A stretch of 64,000 nt of DNA from Takakia lepidozioides (Eukaryota; Plantae; Bryophyta): NCBI GenBank assembly GCA_030704615.1, contig CM060732.1, positions 48,670,001 through 48,734,000 of the forward strand. The letters run 5' to 3'. The notes under the pieces were generated by a model. That model worked only from the letters and a program-made list of their open reading frames with translations, did no database searches and was not told the origin of the DNA. Every line of letters begins with the position of its first letter. Position 1 is the first letter of the stretch. Positions 49,925 to 60,927 of this stretch are shown piece by piece. A program made the translations under genes and the position numbers.

Positions 49925-52830
49925 CACATTGTTTGAGCCCCCTTACTTGCTTGTTCTTAGATGTGAAAATCGGGCACCTAGAGCCACTCTGGCAGGTTGA
50001 ATCCACCCCGAATTGGAAGCTCAAACAGTGTGCGGCAACGCACACTGTTTTGAGCCCCCTCTCTTCTTGTTTTTTGATGTGAAAATCGGGCCCCTAAGGC
50101 TACTCTGGCAAGTTGCATCCACCCCGAATTGGAAGCTCAAACAGTGTGCAGCAACGCACGCTGTTTGAGCCCCCTTACTTGCGTGTTTTTTTTATGTGAA
50201 AATCGGGCACATAGGGCCACTCTGGCAGGTTGAATCCACCCGTTATTGAAGGCTCAAACAATGTGCAGCAACGCACACTGTTTGAGCCTCCTTACTTGCT
50301 TGTTTTTAGATGTGAAAATCGGGCACCTACAGCCACTCTAGCAGGTTGAATCCTCCCCGAATTGGAAGCTCAAACAGTGTGCGGCAACACACACTATTTG
50401 AGCCCCCTTACAGACTTGTTTTTTGATGTGAAAATCAGGCACATAGGGCCACTCTCAGAGGTTGAATCCAACCGTTATTGAAAGCTCAAACAGTGTGCGC
50501 AAACGTACAATGTTTGAGCCCCGTTTTTTTGCTTGTTTTTTGATGTGAAAATCAGGCACATAGGGCCACTCTGGCAGGTTGAATCCAACCCTTATTGGAA
50601 GTTCAAACAGTGTGCGGCAACGCACACTGTTTGAGCCCCGTTTTTTGCTTGTTTTTAGATGTGAAAATCGGGCACATATGGCCACTCTGGCAGATTGAAA
50701 CCACCCCTTATTGGAAGCTCAAACAGTGTGCGCCAACGCACACTGTTTGAACCCCCCTGTGATTCATTTTTGTTGTGAAAATAAGCCACATACGGCCACT
50801 CTGGCAGGTTGAATCCAACCCTTATTGGAAGTTCAAACAGTGTGCGGCAACGCACACTGTTTGAGCCCCGTTTTTTTGCTTGTTTTTTTAATGTGAAAAT
50901 AGGCCACATAGGGCCACTCTGGCAGGTTGAAACCACCCCTTATTGGAAGCTCAAACAGTGTGCGCCAACGTACACTGTTTGAGACCCCCTTTGTGATTCA
51001 TTTTTGTTGTGAAAATAGGCCACATAGGGCCACTCTGGCAGGTTGAATCCAACCCTTATTGGAAGTTCAAACAGTGTGCGGCAACGCACACTGTTTGAGC
51101 CCTGTTTTTTTGCTTGTTTTTTTATGTGAAAATAGGCCACATAGGGCCACTCTGGCAGGTTGAAACCACCCCTTATTGCAAGCTCAAACAGTGTGCGGCA
51201 ACGCACACTGTTGTGAGCCCCCTTTGTGATTCATTTTTGTTGTGAAAATAGGCCACATAGGGCCACTCTGGCAGGTTGAATCCAACCCTTATTGGAAGTT
51301 CAAACAGTGTGCGGCAACGCACACTGTTTGAGCCCCGTTTTTTGCTTGTTTTTAGATATGAAAATCGGGCACATAGGGCCACTCTGGCATGTTGAATCCA
51401 CCCCTTATTGGAAGCTCAACAGTGTGCGCCAACGCACACTGTTTGAGCCCCGTTTTTTGCTTGTTTTTAGATATGAAAATCGGGCACATAGGGCCACTCT
51501 GGCATGTTGAATCCACCCCTTATTGGAAGCTCAACAGTGTGCGCCAACGCACACTGTTTGAGCCCCGTTTTTTGCTTGTTTATTTATGTGAAAATCGGGC
51601 ACATAGGGCCACTATGGCAGGTTGAATCCACCCATTATTGGAAGCTCAAACAGTGTGCGGCAACGCACACTGTTGTGAGCCCCCTTTGTGATTCATTTTT
51701 GTTGTGAAAATAGGCCACATAGGGCCACTCTGGCAGGTTGAATCCACCCCTTATTGGAAGCTCAACAGTGTGCGCCAACGCACACTGTTTGAACCCCGTT
51801 TTTTGCTTGTTTTTTTATGTGAAAATCGGGCACATAGGGCCACTCTGGCAGGTTGAATCCAACCCTTATTGGAAGCTCAAACAGTGTGCGGCAACGCACA
51901 CTGTTGTGAGCCCCCTCTCTGCTTGTTTTTTGATGTGAATATCGGGCCCCCTATGGCCACTCTAGCAGGTTGAAACCACCCCGAATTGGAAGCTCAAACA
52001 GTGTGCGCCAACGCACACTGTTTGAGCCCCGCTTTGTGATTCATTTTTGTTGTGAAAATAGGCCATATAGGGCCACTCTGGCAGGTTGAATCCAACCCTT
52101 ATTGGAAGCTCAAACAGTGTGCGGCAACGCACACTGTTTTGAGCCCCGTCTATGCTTGTTTTTTTATGTGAATATCGGGCCTCTAAGGCTACTCTGGCAG
52201 GTTGAATCCGCCCTGTATTGGAAGCTCAAACAGTGTGCGGCAACGCACACTGTTTGAGCCACGTTTTCAGCTTGTTTTTTGATGTGAAAATCGGGCACAC
52301 AGGGCCACTCTGGCAGCTTGAATCCACCCCTTATTGGAAGCTCAAAGAGTGTGCGGCAACGCACACTGTTTGAGCCCCGCTTTGTGATTCATTTTAGGCC
52401 ACATAGGGCCTCTCTGGTAGGTTGAATCCAACCCTTATTGGAAGCTCAAACAGTGTGCGGCAACGCACACTGTTTTGAGCCCCCTCGCTGCTTGTTTTTG
52501 GATGTGAATATTGGGCCCTATGGCCACTCTGGCAGGTTGAATCCACCCCGATTGGAAGCTCAAACAGTGTGCGGCAACGCACACTATTTTGAGCCCCCCC
52601 TTTGCTTGTTTTTTGATGTGAAATTGGGACAAACAGGCCAGTATGCATGCTCAATACACCCATAGTTGGAAGCACGAACAGTGTGCGGCAACACACAGTG
52701 TTTGTGCCCCTTCTTGGCCCCCCTCTCTGCCCTTTTTTTGTGTTGTAATGTGCCACATAGGGCCAAATGTCATGTTCAAAACACCCCTATTTGGAAGCTG
52801 AAACAGTGTGCGGCAACGCACACTGTTTTC
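49925..52830. repeat. Tandem array, ~25 x ~116 bp, each unit with hairpin GCTCAAACAGTGTGCG-GCAA-CGCACACTGTTTGAGC
   Basis: Hairpins at ~50020, 50136, 50253 ... 52558, with degenerate copies at 52672 and 52797. Confidence 0.97.
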
Positions 52831-52941
52831 GGCCCCCAGATGAGAGATTGGGCCACACAGTGCCTGTCTGCCTTGCTCAAAACACCATATTTTCTTGCCT
52901 CTCTCTTATATCAATTCGAATGAACAACCCTGCAGGAGAAG

Positions 52942-55723
52942 ATGCAAAGGGTGGCGGATAAGAACCCTTCGGGGCAGGGAAAGGAGATCATTATTGATGT
53001 GGACGATGAGTTCTATGAAAGCAATGCCGCCGAGATGCTGGGGGGTCAGAAGGTAAACTCTCAGCTTGTGGTGCAAAGTATGCTTGCCCCAGGTGGGAGG
53101 TTGAAGATTCCCCTGTGTAGGTTGGTTTCCATGCCCGTCGTTTGTCCACCCCTCATCAAGGACATCCTGAAGCTAGAGGCCGAGTTTGTTCATGGGTATT
53201 TGGATGGATCCGCAGTCTTTTACGTTTCTAGTAGGGATTCCAGAGGCAATGAGCTCCTTGTGGATGAGTCAATCGTGGACTCCTGGGATCCCATTTGGAG
53301 ACAGGTGAACGAATCCTTCGAACTTCTTCTCTCCAGGAAACCTTCAACCCAGGCATTCTCAGGGAAGATGTTTCACGTATGGGATGGCAACCACCGGTTG
53401 CTTGCATGGATGGCTGTCATTGGGAGGCTGCACTCATAGGAGGAAGAATGACATTACTCTGTTCGATCGATGGTGCTGGATTGTGACAGGAACATGATGG
53501 GTCTTCTGACGGCAATGAATGATGTGAACGGGTTGGTTTCTCATTCTACATGTTCGTTGTGGTTCCGTGGTTCTTTTGTTCCAGTCCTCTGTTGACGGTT
53601 CTTAAATTTCATTATGACTTTCACACATCATTCTGCAGAGGGACGGAGACATCGCATGTCAAAACGAGTCTAGTTCACACACTGTACAGGATACAAAGGA
53701 TCGGGCAGATGCCCTTGACCAACTTCAAGACCATCTTTTCAGCAAAGACGTACAAGAAGTGCGAAATCTCGAAGACATCAGAAACGTGGTACTCGTTGAC
53801 CCGTGAGGCTTTCATGGAGTATATGTACGCGGTGAGATACATCTTCCATCATCTGGCCTTTTGATATTCCTGCTTTCACATGTTTGTTTCTGTTTGTTTC
53901 CCTTGCCTTTGGGTTGATGCAACTCTCGTGCATTCCCTTGCAGCAAGACATTTCAGATGCAGGAGAGCGTGACAAACTCGAATACTACAGCTCTACCCCT
54001 GAGGAGAGAAGGACAGCAAAGGGGGTTGAGAGTCACATCCAGAAAGAGATGACGGCCACAAGAAGGACTATTATGAGTGCTTTTGTTAAGCAGTTGAGAA
54101 TTGCCGACCCATCATTCGGACCGCAGTTTCTTCAAGAAGTGAAAAACCATTACAACAAGCTAGGCAAGCCGGAGATGGCCCAGGAGAAGTTACACAGGTT
54201 ATCTACCGCCGTTGTGTCTTCAGAACAGAAGGTGAAGTGGCTACAGATATGGAACTCCGATCCCACTCTTAGGAATACCCACATGTTCCCCAGGCCGGAG
54301 AAAGAGAAGAAGACCCAGTGTGTCATTCCTGTCAGTGACAATGTGCTGGCCACATGGCTTCACAAGGCCACTTACTGGAGCCAGATATGATGTCCATTAC
54401 TGTGTCACTTTTTTTTCGCTTTTTCTGTCATTCTCTTTCCATGTTACATGGCTGTGATTGTTTTTGGGTTCATTCTTGCATTTAAATTGTTTTGCAGTTG
54501 GAGGAAAGCGCCCGGTCGGTTCTACATACGCAGCTGGCTGACTATGGGATCACCATGACAGCACCGAAGGTCTCCTTCCAAGCATACATGAGGAAATGGA
54601 GAGCCACAGTGTGGCAATCTTGTTTCTTCAAAGAGTTCAGCAAAGAGGGTGGCATCAGTCGAACAAATGAGCTTGACCAGCAGGAGAAAGGAGAGGAAGC
54701 CTGGAAACGATGCCTTTACAGGTGCGAAATGGACTGTGCTTCTTTGTTTTGCAAATCCTCCATCCAACCTGTTTTGGGCTGGCTCATATGAGTTTGCGGT
54801 GCCGCACACTCATTTGTTCTATCCGTGTATAGTAACACCAACGTGCATACCCTGGGCCCTTCAGGCTGTTTTGTGTACGGCGGTTGCAGTGTACTATGCC
54901 GCATACTCTTTTAGGGGGTCTTCGTGATGTGGTGGAAAAGCTGGGAGACAATAATTGCAATGCATAATGAGGCTGTCTCTATTCCTGCAGGTACATAAAG
55001 TATGTTCTCATGGCAGAGAACTGCTTGGACAAACATCCTGATTTCGTGAACCTTTGGCTTGTCCCTGCTGGCAACCAGACCATGTTTACTACGGGGATCT
55101 TGCATGACTGGGGCCCAGACCATCTTTCGGCTTGTGGTTGGTATTTGGATTGCCCTGCTTCTGAGACCCCAACTCAGGAGGTGTCTTTGAGGAGAGAGAA
55201 TGAGCATATAGCAGCCACCGCCGCAGCAGCCGACCTCGATATTCATGATAGAAATTTGAGGACTCTTGCAGAGAAGGAGCCTCCCGCTCAGGTAAAAAGC
55301 CTCCGGTATGAGGGTCATGAAGACATTGAATTGTGTGAACAGCATGTACCTGGCGAAGGGGGATCCTCCGGGAGAGATGGTAAATCTGCTTTCTTATTCC
55401 TTTTCTTGGTGGTTATCGGGTGGAGTTGCATAAGTCGCTCAAATGAATGTTTGAGCTTGCACTTTCAGCACTTCCCACAGTTCCAAATGTGTCTTCAATG
55501 TCTGTTTCCTTCCTTCTATTCCACTGTAGGTGCTTCATACCACGCTTGCAAGGCCAGTGCGCGACATCTCTTTGGGATTGAAAGGGATGCTGAGATTTTC
55601 AAGAACCTCCTGATGGGTTTGGGTGGACACACTTCTCAAGTCATTCCGAAGCCCCGTCCCGGTGATATTGATACAGAGGAGACTTCCGACAAGGAGCTGG
55701 ACTTCGACTTTGCCTGTGAGTAA
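52942..55723 (+). pseudogene. Spliced gene with ParB/Srx-like N-terminal domain and N6/N4-DNA-methyltransferase-like C-terminal motif
   Basis: Approximate exons 52942-53531, 53639-53831, 53944-54384, 54498-~54798, 54991-55379, 55531-55723. HVWDGNHRLLAW at ~53375-53410; last exon GASYHACKASARHLFGIERDAEIF; in-frame stops 53437 and 53449, a probable GT>AT donor at 54385, frameshifts. Confidence 0.65.
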
Positions 55724-56289
55724 GTTCAACCTGTCGATGCTTGCATTGTTGTTTCAATACGCATGATCACTGTTCTTAAGGCAAATTGCACATGTGAGAC
55801 ATCCTCTTCGTTGGACTTGTGCATTGCATCATTGTGTTCAAAATAGGTTTTTGTCGACTTGTGCAGGAGTCCGCGTGCTTCCACTGTCCCTCCAGGGCTA
55901 TCACACCTTTTTGGACTTCTTTCAAGTCCTCCTCAGTCTTACGTGCTACCTGTCTATGTGGAGGCACTCGGAGCAAGCATGTCCATTCATGGCACTCGCA
56001 GTCCAACCATCGACGGCCATGGTAGAAGACGTGGTGTTGGGGCCGGAATATTTGTGGACGACATAGCACAGCAGGTCAATACTGATTCTGATGACTGTGA
56101 CACTTGATATGAAGTTTTCTTTTGCTTTCATTCGGGGCCAATTTTGAAATGGGATGGTTGTGTGTCCTTGTTGTCCTATTTGCAATGTGTGCATGGGATG
56201 CAAATTCATGGGAACAAACTATCGTTGGAGATGGGGGTTGCATGGACTGCTCGGATTGTTCCTTCAATCTATTTAGTGTTTTGCGGAGC

Positions 56290-56570
56290 TCACAGGCTTG
56301 TGTGCATTGCAAAAACAAACAAACGTCTTTGGTTCGGGTAGAGCAGTCTCGCATCATTTGCTCGTTGGTCTCCAAACCATTCTTGCTAGAAGAATGCTTG
56401 GTAAATCCGTCATGATAAAGTCCACGTGATCAAAGAGCGTTCAGGCATTCTCAATTCTGGTGAGCATCCATGATGCTCCCGCACATACCTGGCATGTTCG
56501 CAAGGGTGGTGAGTAAGAAAAGATTTCGCAGGGATCCGCTTTGGATGATGTGAGTGTGCACCTGCTCACG
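56290..56570 (-). pseudogene. Captured PLS-PPR gene fragment
   Basis: Reverse complement aligns to 18494-18780 (QVHTHIIQSG, CGSIMDAH, LETNEQMMR, acgtttgt.tgt.tttgcaatgca). Confidence 0.8.
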
Positions 56571-56849
56571 ACGTAGGCACATTCCAATGCAGGGGCTTGG
56601 TATGTTGATAACGTCTACATGGATGCAATGGATAGAAAGGATGGATACAATGGATGTAACACATCCAGTCTGCATTCCCTGGAAATGGCTGATCACGCAG
56701 TAATAGGTGACACCCGCGGAAATAGGCCCTGTATGCATGCTGACGTGGCGTGAGCCTGTGCTGGGCTCACGGTTTCCTGGGCTCACAGGCTCACGCCTCT
56801 GGGCTCACACCTCTGGGCTCACAGAATAGCACCCCCCATCATCGCCAAT

Positions 56850-57345
56850 GCCTATACATCCCTGCATATCACCTCCTACAATCAACACATATACCCTTAG
56901 AAAAATGACATATTAATGGGTTGTAGAGGTAAGGGGCCAAATGACAACCTTGCCTGACGAATCTGTCAAGAGCAAAAGGTTTGGATATAGCCCCGTTAAC
57001 ATAAACCTTGCTAGACGTAGAGCTTAGAGGAGCCTCACCCACTTTGAGAAACTCTCTGGCATGCCTATTTTAACAGGAACTTTATGCAAGAAGCCCCTAG
57101 TCAGTATTGTCAAAGGTCTTTTCAAAGTCTAGCATTAGCATAGCCAAGGGCTGCTCAGAGCTTTTGGCTTTGTGCATAGCCTCGTTGATGAGAAGCAGAT
57201 TGTCCATAATCATTCTTCCCTTGAGGAATCCAGTTTGCTCTGGCCTAATGTTCCGAGAAAGAACTGGCTAGAGTCTTAGCGTCAAGGCTTTAGCAATGAT
57301 CTTATATGTGGTGTTTAGGAGCATAATAGGTCGATAGTTCGATAG
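56850..57345 (-). mobile_element. L1-like LINE reverse-transcriptase fragment
   Basis: KIIAKAL, EQTGFLKGRMIMDN, LDFEKTFD, VRQGCHLAPY motifs with stops. Confidence 0.85.
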
Positions 57346-58039
57346 CAAGCCGGTAGTTAGATTTTTTTTTTTTCAAGAAAGGAATTTTTCTCTCTCTCGA
57401 ATAATTATTAGTATATCCCTTGTTAATTTGTTTAAGAACCAACAAAACAAAACAAAAATTGTTGTTGGGTGCTTTTGTTTTTGGAAAATACAAGAAAGTC
57501 TGCCCTTTCAATTAATAATTTCTTATTATAAAAAAGAGATTATAAAATAAAGAAGAACAAAGATTGGCATGGCTTCATTCAATCCAAGGCCAGATAATGT
57601 ACCAAAGAACTTTGAGGTGTCTAGCATCTACCTTCCTGCTGGAAGGCAGTAGTCCTTCAGGGTCCTTGGGGACGCGTCATATATTATTATATTATTTCCA
57701 AAGAAAATTATGGAAACCAACTTATGGTGCTTCAAATAGTACTACTTGCCTTCTAATTTTGAATGGTATATATATATATATATATCATTGATGTCATGTC
57801 TTCACATGCAATGCCTCTCTTGAAAAAAATACTGACAAATCACAACTGACATGACAGAAAATTATGAAATTTATTTAAAAAAAAAAACTTAATTCTATTG
57901 TCTTGTGACAGAACTTAGAAAGATGCAAGGAAAAGTCTGCTGCTCTCACAAAAATAATTATTGCATTCAAGTATTATACACACTATATATTTTCAGAAAT
58001 TTCTAACAAAATGCCCAATGAGCTTTCAAGTGGGGTGGT

Positions 58040-60220
58040 TTTTTTTTTTTTTTAAAGAAAAGGGGTCGGAGGCCCTTTTAATCAAATTAGATAAATGAAA
58101 GAGTACAAAAAGGTGAAAAAAATAACCACTTGGGGCCGTGAAGGCTTATTGCAAGGGAACTTCGCCAAAACTGTAGTTGGAGCAGGGAAAAGCCTAAGAT
58201 GCAAGGTGCAGTGCCAAGGTGGCCTATGTCGCGGGGGGGGGGGGGGGATGCTTTAGAGAGCAGTGAAAAGGGAGACTTTATAAGTAATCTAGAAGGGGAT
58301 GGTCTTAGTATTAAAGCTATGTGAGAACAGGATCAGAGAGGTGAGCACACGATTGTTAGGAGTGAGAGCTTGAGTGACACTAGAGAACATCCAGAGAGTA
58401 GTGCTTGCCAAGGGACCACTAAGACAATTCTCCAATATTCGCTGGTGGACTGAGCTAGAATTTGAGCTGAGCCTCAAGAACAAGGGATCCCAAGAGCGTT
58501 TGTGCCTCCAATTGCGCTCCCTTTCTTCGCCTTCAGCTGGGGTCTTGCCATTGAGTGGGGATGGTCTCTTCCCATCGAACGTAGTTGGAAACACGAGAGC
58601 AGAGCAGGCTGCTCTTGCCCGAGGTGAGATCGAAATCGCAGTTTAGCCCTTCGTTGAGCCGATGATTTGGGAATAAGTACTGCACACAATGTAACCCATG
58701 CCTTCCTCACCTCAGTCATCAGCTCAAGATAAATGTTGAACAAGATTGCTCTGATGCTGGGGGGCCTCCCCTGTTACTTGTGTTTACATCTAGCTTTCCA
58801 GACATTCCGAAGTGTATGGGCCCTTAGGAACAGGGCAGTTCAGCAAATTTAGCAGACCTGGGATACAGTTGACTAATAACAAGGAGAGGGGAGGGGGATG
58901 TTGAAATGCCTTCCCGTTGGAATAGAATTGGAGAACTATCACCCAAATGCGGTGCATCATAGGGCACAGTACCATGCAGTGTTCAATTGATTCAGGGTTC
59001 TGAAGACAAATGGAACAGTGTTGAGGCCCATCCAGGGAGTTAAAATTGATAGGGAAAATCCTATGAGCCACTTTCCATAGAAAAACCGAGACCTTGGCTG
59101 CTCTGTCCTTTCTCCATATGTCTTTCTAGACCGAGTCCCACTCATACCTGTCGGGGCTAAGGTATCTCCCCATTTTTGCTACCACTTTGAAAGGAATGAG
59201 CGAGGGGGTGATAACAAGGAATAACCTTTTTTTACCGTGTATGCGAAGAATGAAGACTTAATATTGTCCATCCATGTCCATTCGTCCGGATCAAATTGTA
59301 GACCTTGGAGAGGGTGCTTGAGGAACCAGAGGAAGGAGTTTTGTCTGACCGAGTGCATCAAGTCCACCACTGGGGGATGTGGGTTGCAGCTCCCATTCCC
59401 ATCAATGATCCTGATAGAGAACAAAGAGAGGGCATTGATTTCTTGTTGTGCTAATTTGAATCGCAGAAACCCTGGTTGTTCAACAGTAAAGATAAGTCCC
59501 GAGGCCATAGTACCTTCGAACTCAAGCACTAGGATGACAGGGCCGACAGCCTCTGGTTGGCTCTCAGCCATGCACTATGATGGGTGTCGTCAGAACGCAG
59601 TAGGGCCAAAATGTAATCAGAAACTTGGTTGAAAATGGAGGCCCATGAATTGGCTCTTCTAGCTCCCACCAGAGAAGAGACCTCCTGAGTTGAGATGTAA
59701 GTACCGTTCTCCTATATGTTGCCCAAGTGAGTGAATCATTTGCTTTCTCAATGAGCCCATTTTGACTTGAGCTTCAGCAGGGTTACTGAGTCCAAGTTGT
59801 AGTTTCCAAACAGTGGTTGCCTTTGAACATTCAGCATGAGTCCTTGGCCTACTCTGTGTGAGGTATTCCCTAATGCTAGTCCAGGCCTTCCAAATGGACT
59901 GCCAAGAGGCAGAGCCCAGATTCTCTGAGGATTTCCCCTGAACAATCCATCTTAAAGATGATGCCCAAAGTGTAGATGAATGGGGAATGGCTCCAGTGAG
60001 ATAGGGCTGGACCAGTTTGCTTCATGGGGACAGATGGTTTGAAATTGCGCGGGGAACCCATTCAGCCAAGAGTGGAATAATATGTTTGCCAGGGTCCAAT
60101 AGTCCCAGACCTCCTTTACTTTTTGGTTGACATAACTGCTCCCAAGAAAGAAGCGCGCGCCTATTAGGAAAGCCAGATGTTGCACCACACAAGAAGTTTC
60201 GGACCATTGCTTTGAACGAG
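58040..60220 (-). mobile_element. L1-like LINE, 5'-truncated 3' part with poly(A)
   Basis: SWEQLCQPKSKGGLGL, zf-RVT-like CSICLQNPESIEHCMVLCP..IW, plus-strand poly(T) at 58039-58053. Confidence 0.85.
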
Positions 60221-60927
60221 ATTATTTTTTCCTCTCGTTCTAATTGAGAGGCCTGATTTCTCACTAAGCAGACGGTTTTTTCTTAAATAAATAAACAAAA
60301 TGGATAAGGATATGGACCCACATGTAAAGACAAGATGCATTGTAGGGAGAAATGGACAAAACTCAAACATGAGATAGAGTTGGGTAAAGAGAGAAGAGAT
60401 GATTGTCAGTTGTTTCCAATGATGTCTTCAATAGAGGATTATGTACAGACCATGACTCTATTATAGAGCGCAAAGGGCCCGGCAGTACTGGCAAGGGGAA
60501 GATGCTTTTACATACGCTCGAGTTGAAGACATCATTGGAAACAGCTCATCTCTTTTCTCTTTACCCAACTCTATCTCCTTCTTATAATAATTTAGAGAGT
60601 TTGAGCTTTGTCCATTTCTCGTAGCTACTATACATCTTGACTTTATTTTTTCTTCATTTATTCCTTTTTTTTTATAAAGGAAACCTGGAGCGACTGCTCA
60701 CAATTCAGGCCCTTGAGGAGGGGGAAAAATTAACCCCCTTTCAGATAAGCCATTAGGCACACAGGTGGGGTTCATTCTTTTGTCTAAAGGCATCTTGCCT
60801 TTACATGTGCGGGTCCACATTTTAATACTTTTGTTAGTTTTTAATTTCTAAAAGAGAAACCGTCACTCAGCAGGACTCGTGCTCACAAATCAGGCCCCTT
60901 AATTAGAGTGAGAGGGAAAATAACCTC
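60221..60927. mobile_element. Foldback/MITE-like inverted repeat
   Basis: 60221-60402 is the reverse complement of 60546-60645 plus 60790-60927; the motif CTCACAA(A/T)TCAGGCCC recurs at ~34022, 60697, 60882 and 61065. Confidence 0.65.

Larger units (their letters stand above)
42135..56835. mobile_element. Composite MULE-like DNA transposon (GCM-DDE-SWIM transposases, hairpin array, ParB/MTase-like gene)
   Basis: Imperfect termini GGTTTGCTATTTCATGAGC vs reverse complement GGGGTGCTATTCTGTGAGC (14/19), each followed by TGAGC sub-repeats; flanks CTATCAACGA / CCATCATCGC match 7/10. Boundaries tentative. Confidence 0.55.

Noticed and set aside
49990-52560. tRNA/SINE-derived units (GGTTGAATCC resembles a Pol III B box)
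   Set aside because: Lacks the conserved C of GTTCRA, and I see no A box or cloverleaf.
50455-52766. Short repetitive ORFs in the array
   Set aside because: By-products of the tandem repeat on both strands; unit length and indels do not keep a frame.
49925-52830. CRISPR array (palindromic repeats at regular spacing)
   Set aside because: Sequences between hairpins are homologous to each other, not unique spacers; no cas genes; eukaryotic context.
41202-56835. Treating the whole region as one CACTA element
   Set aside because: No matching GTAGTG terminus downstream, and the transposases carry MULE-type, not CACTA-type, motifs.
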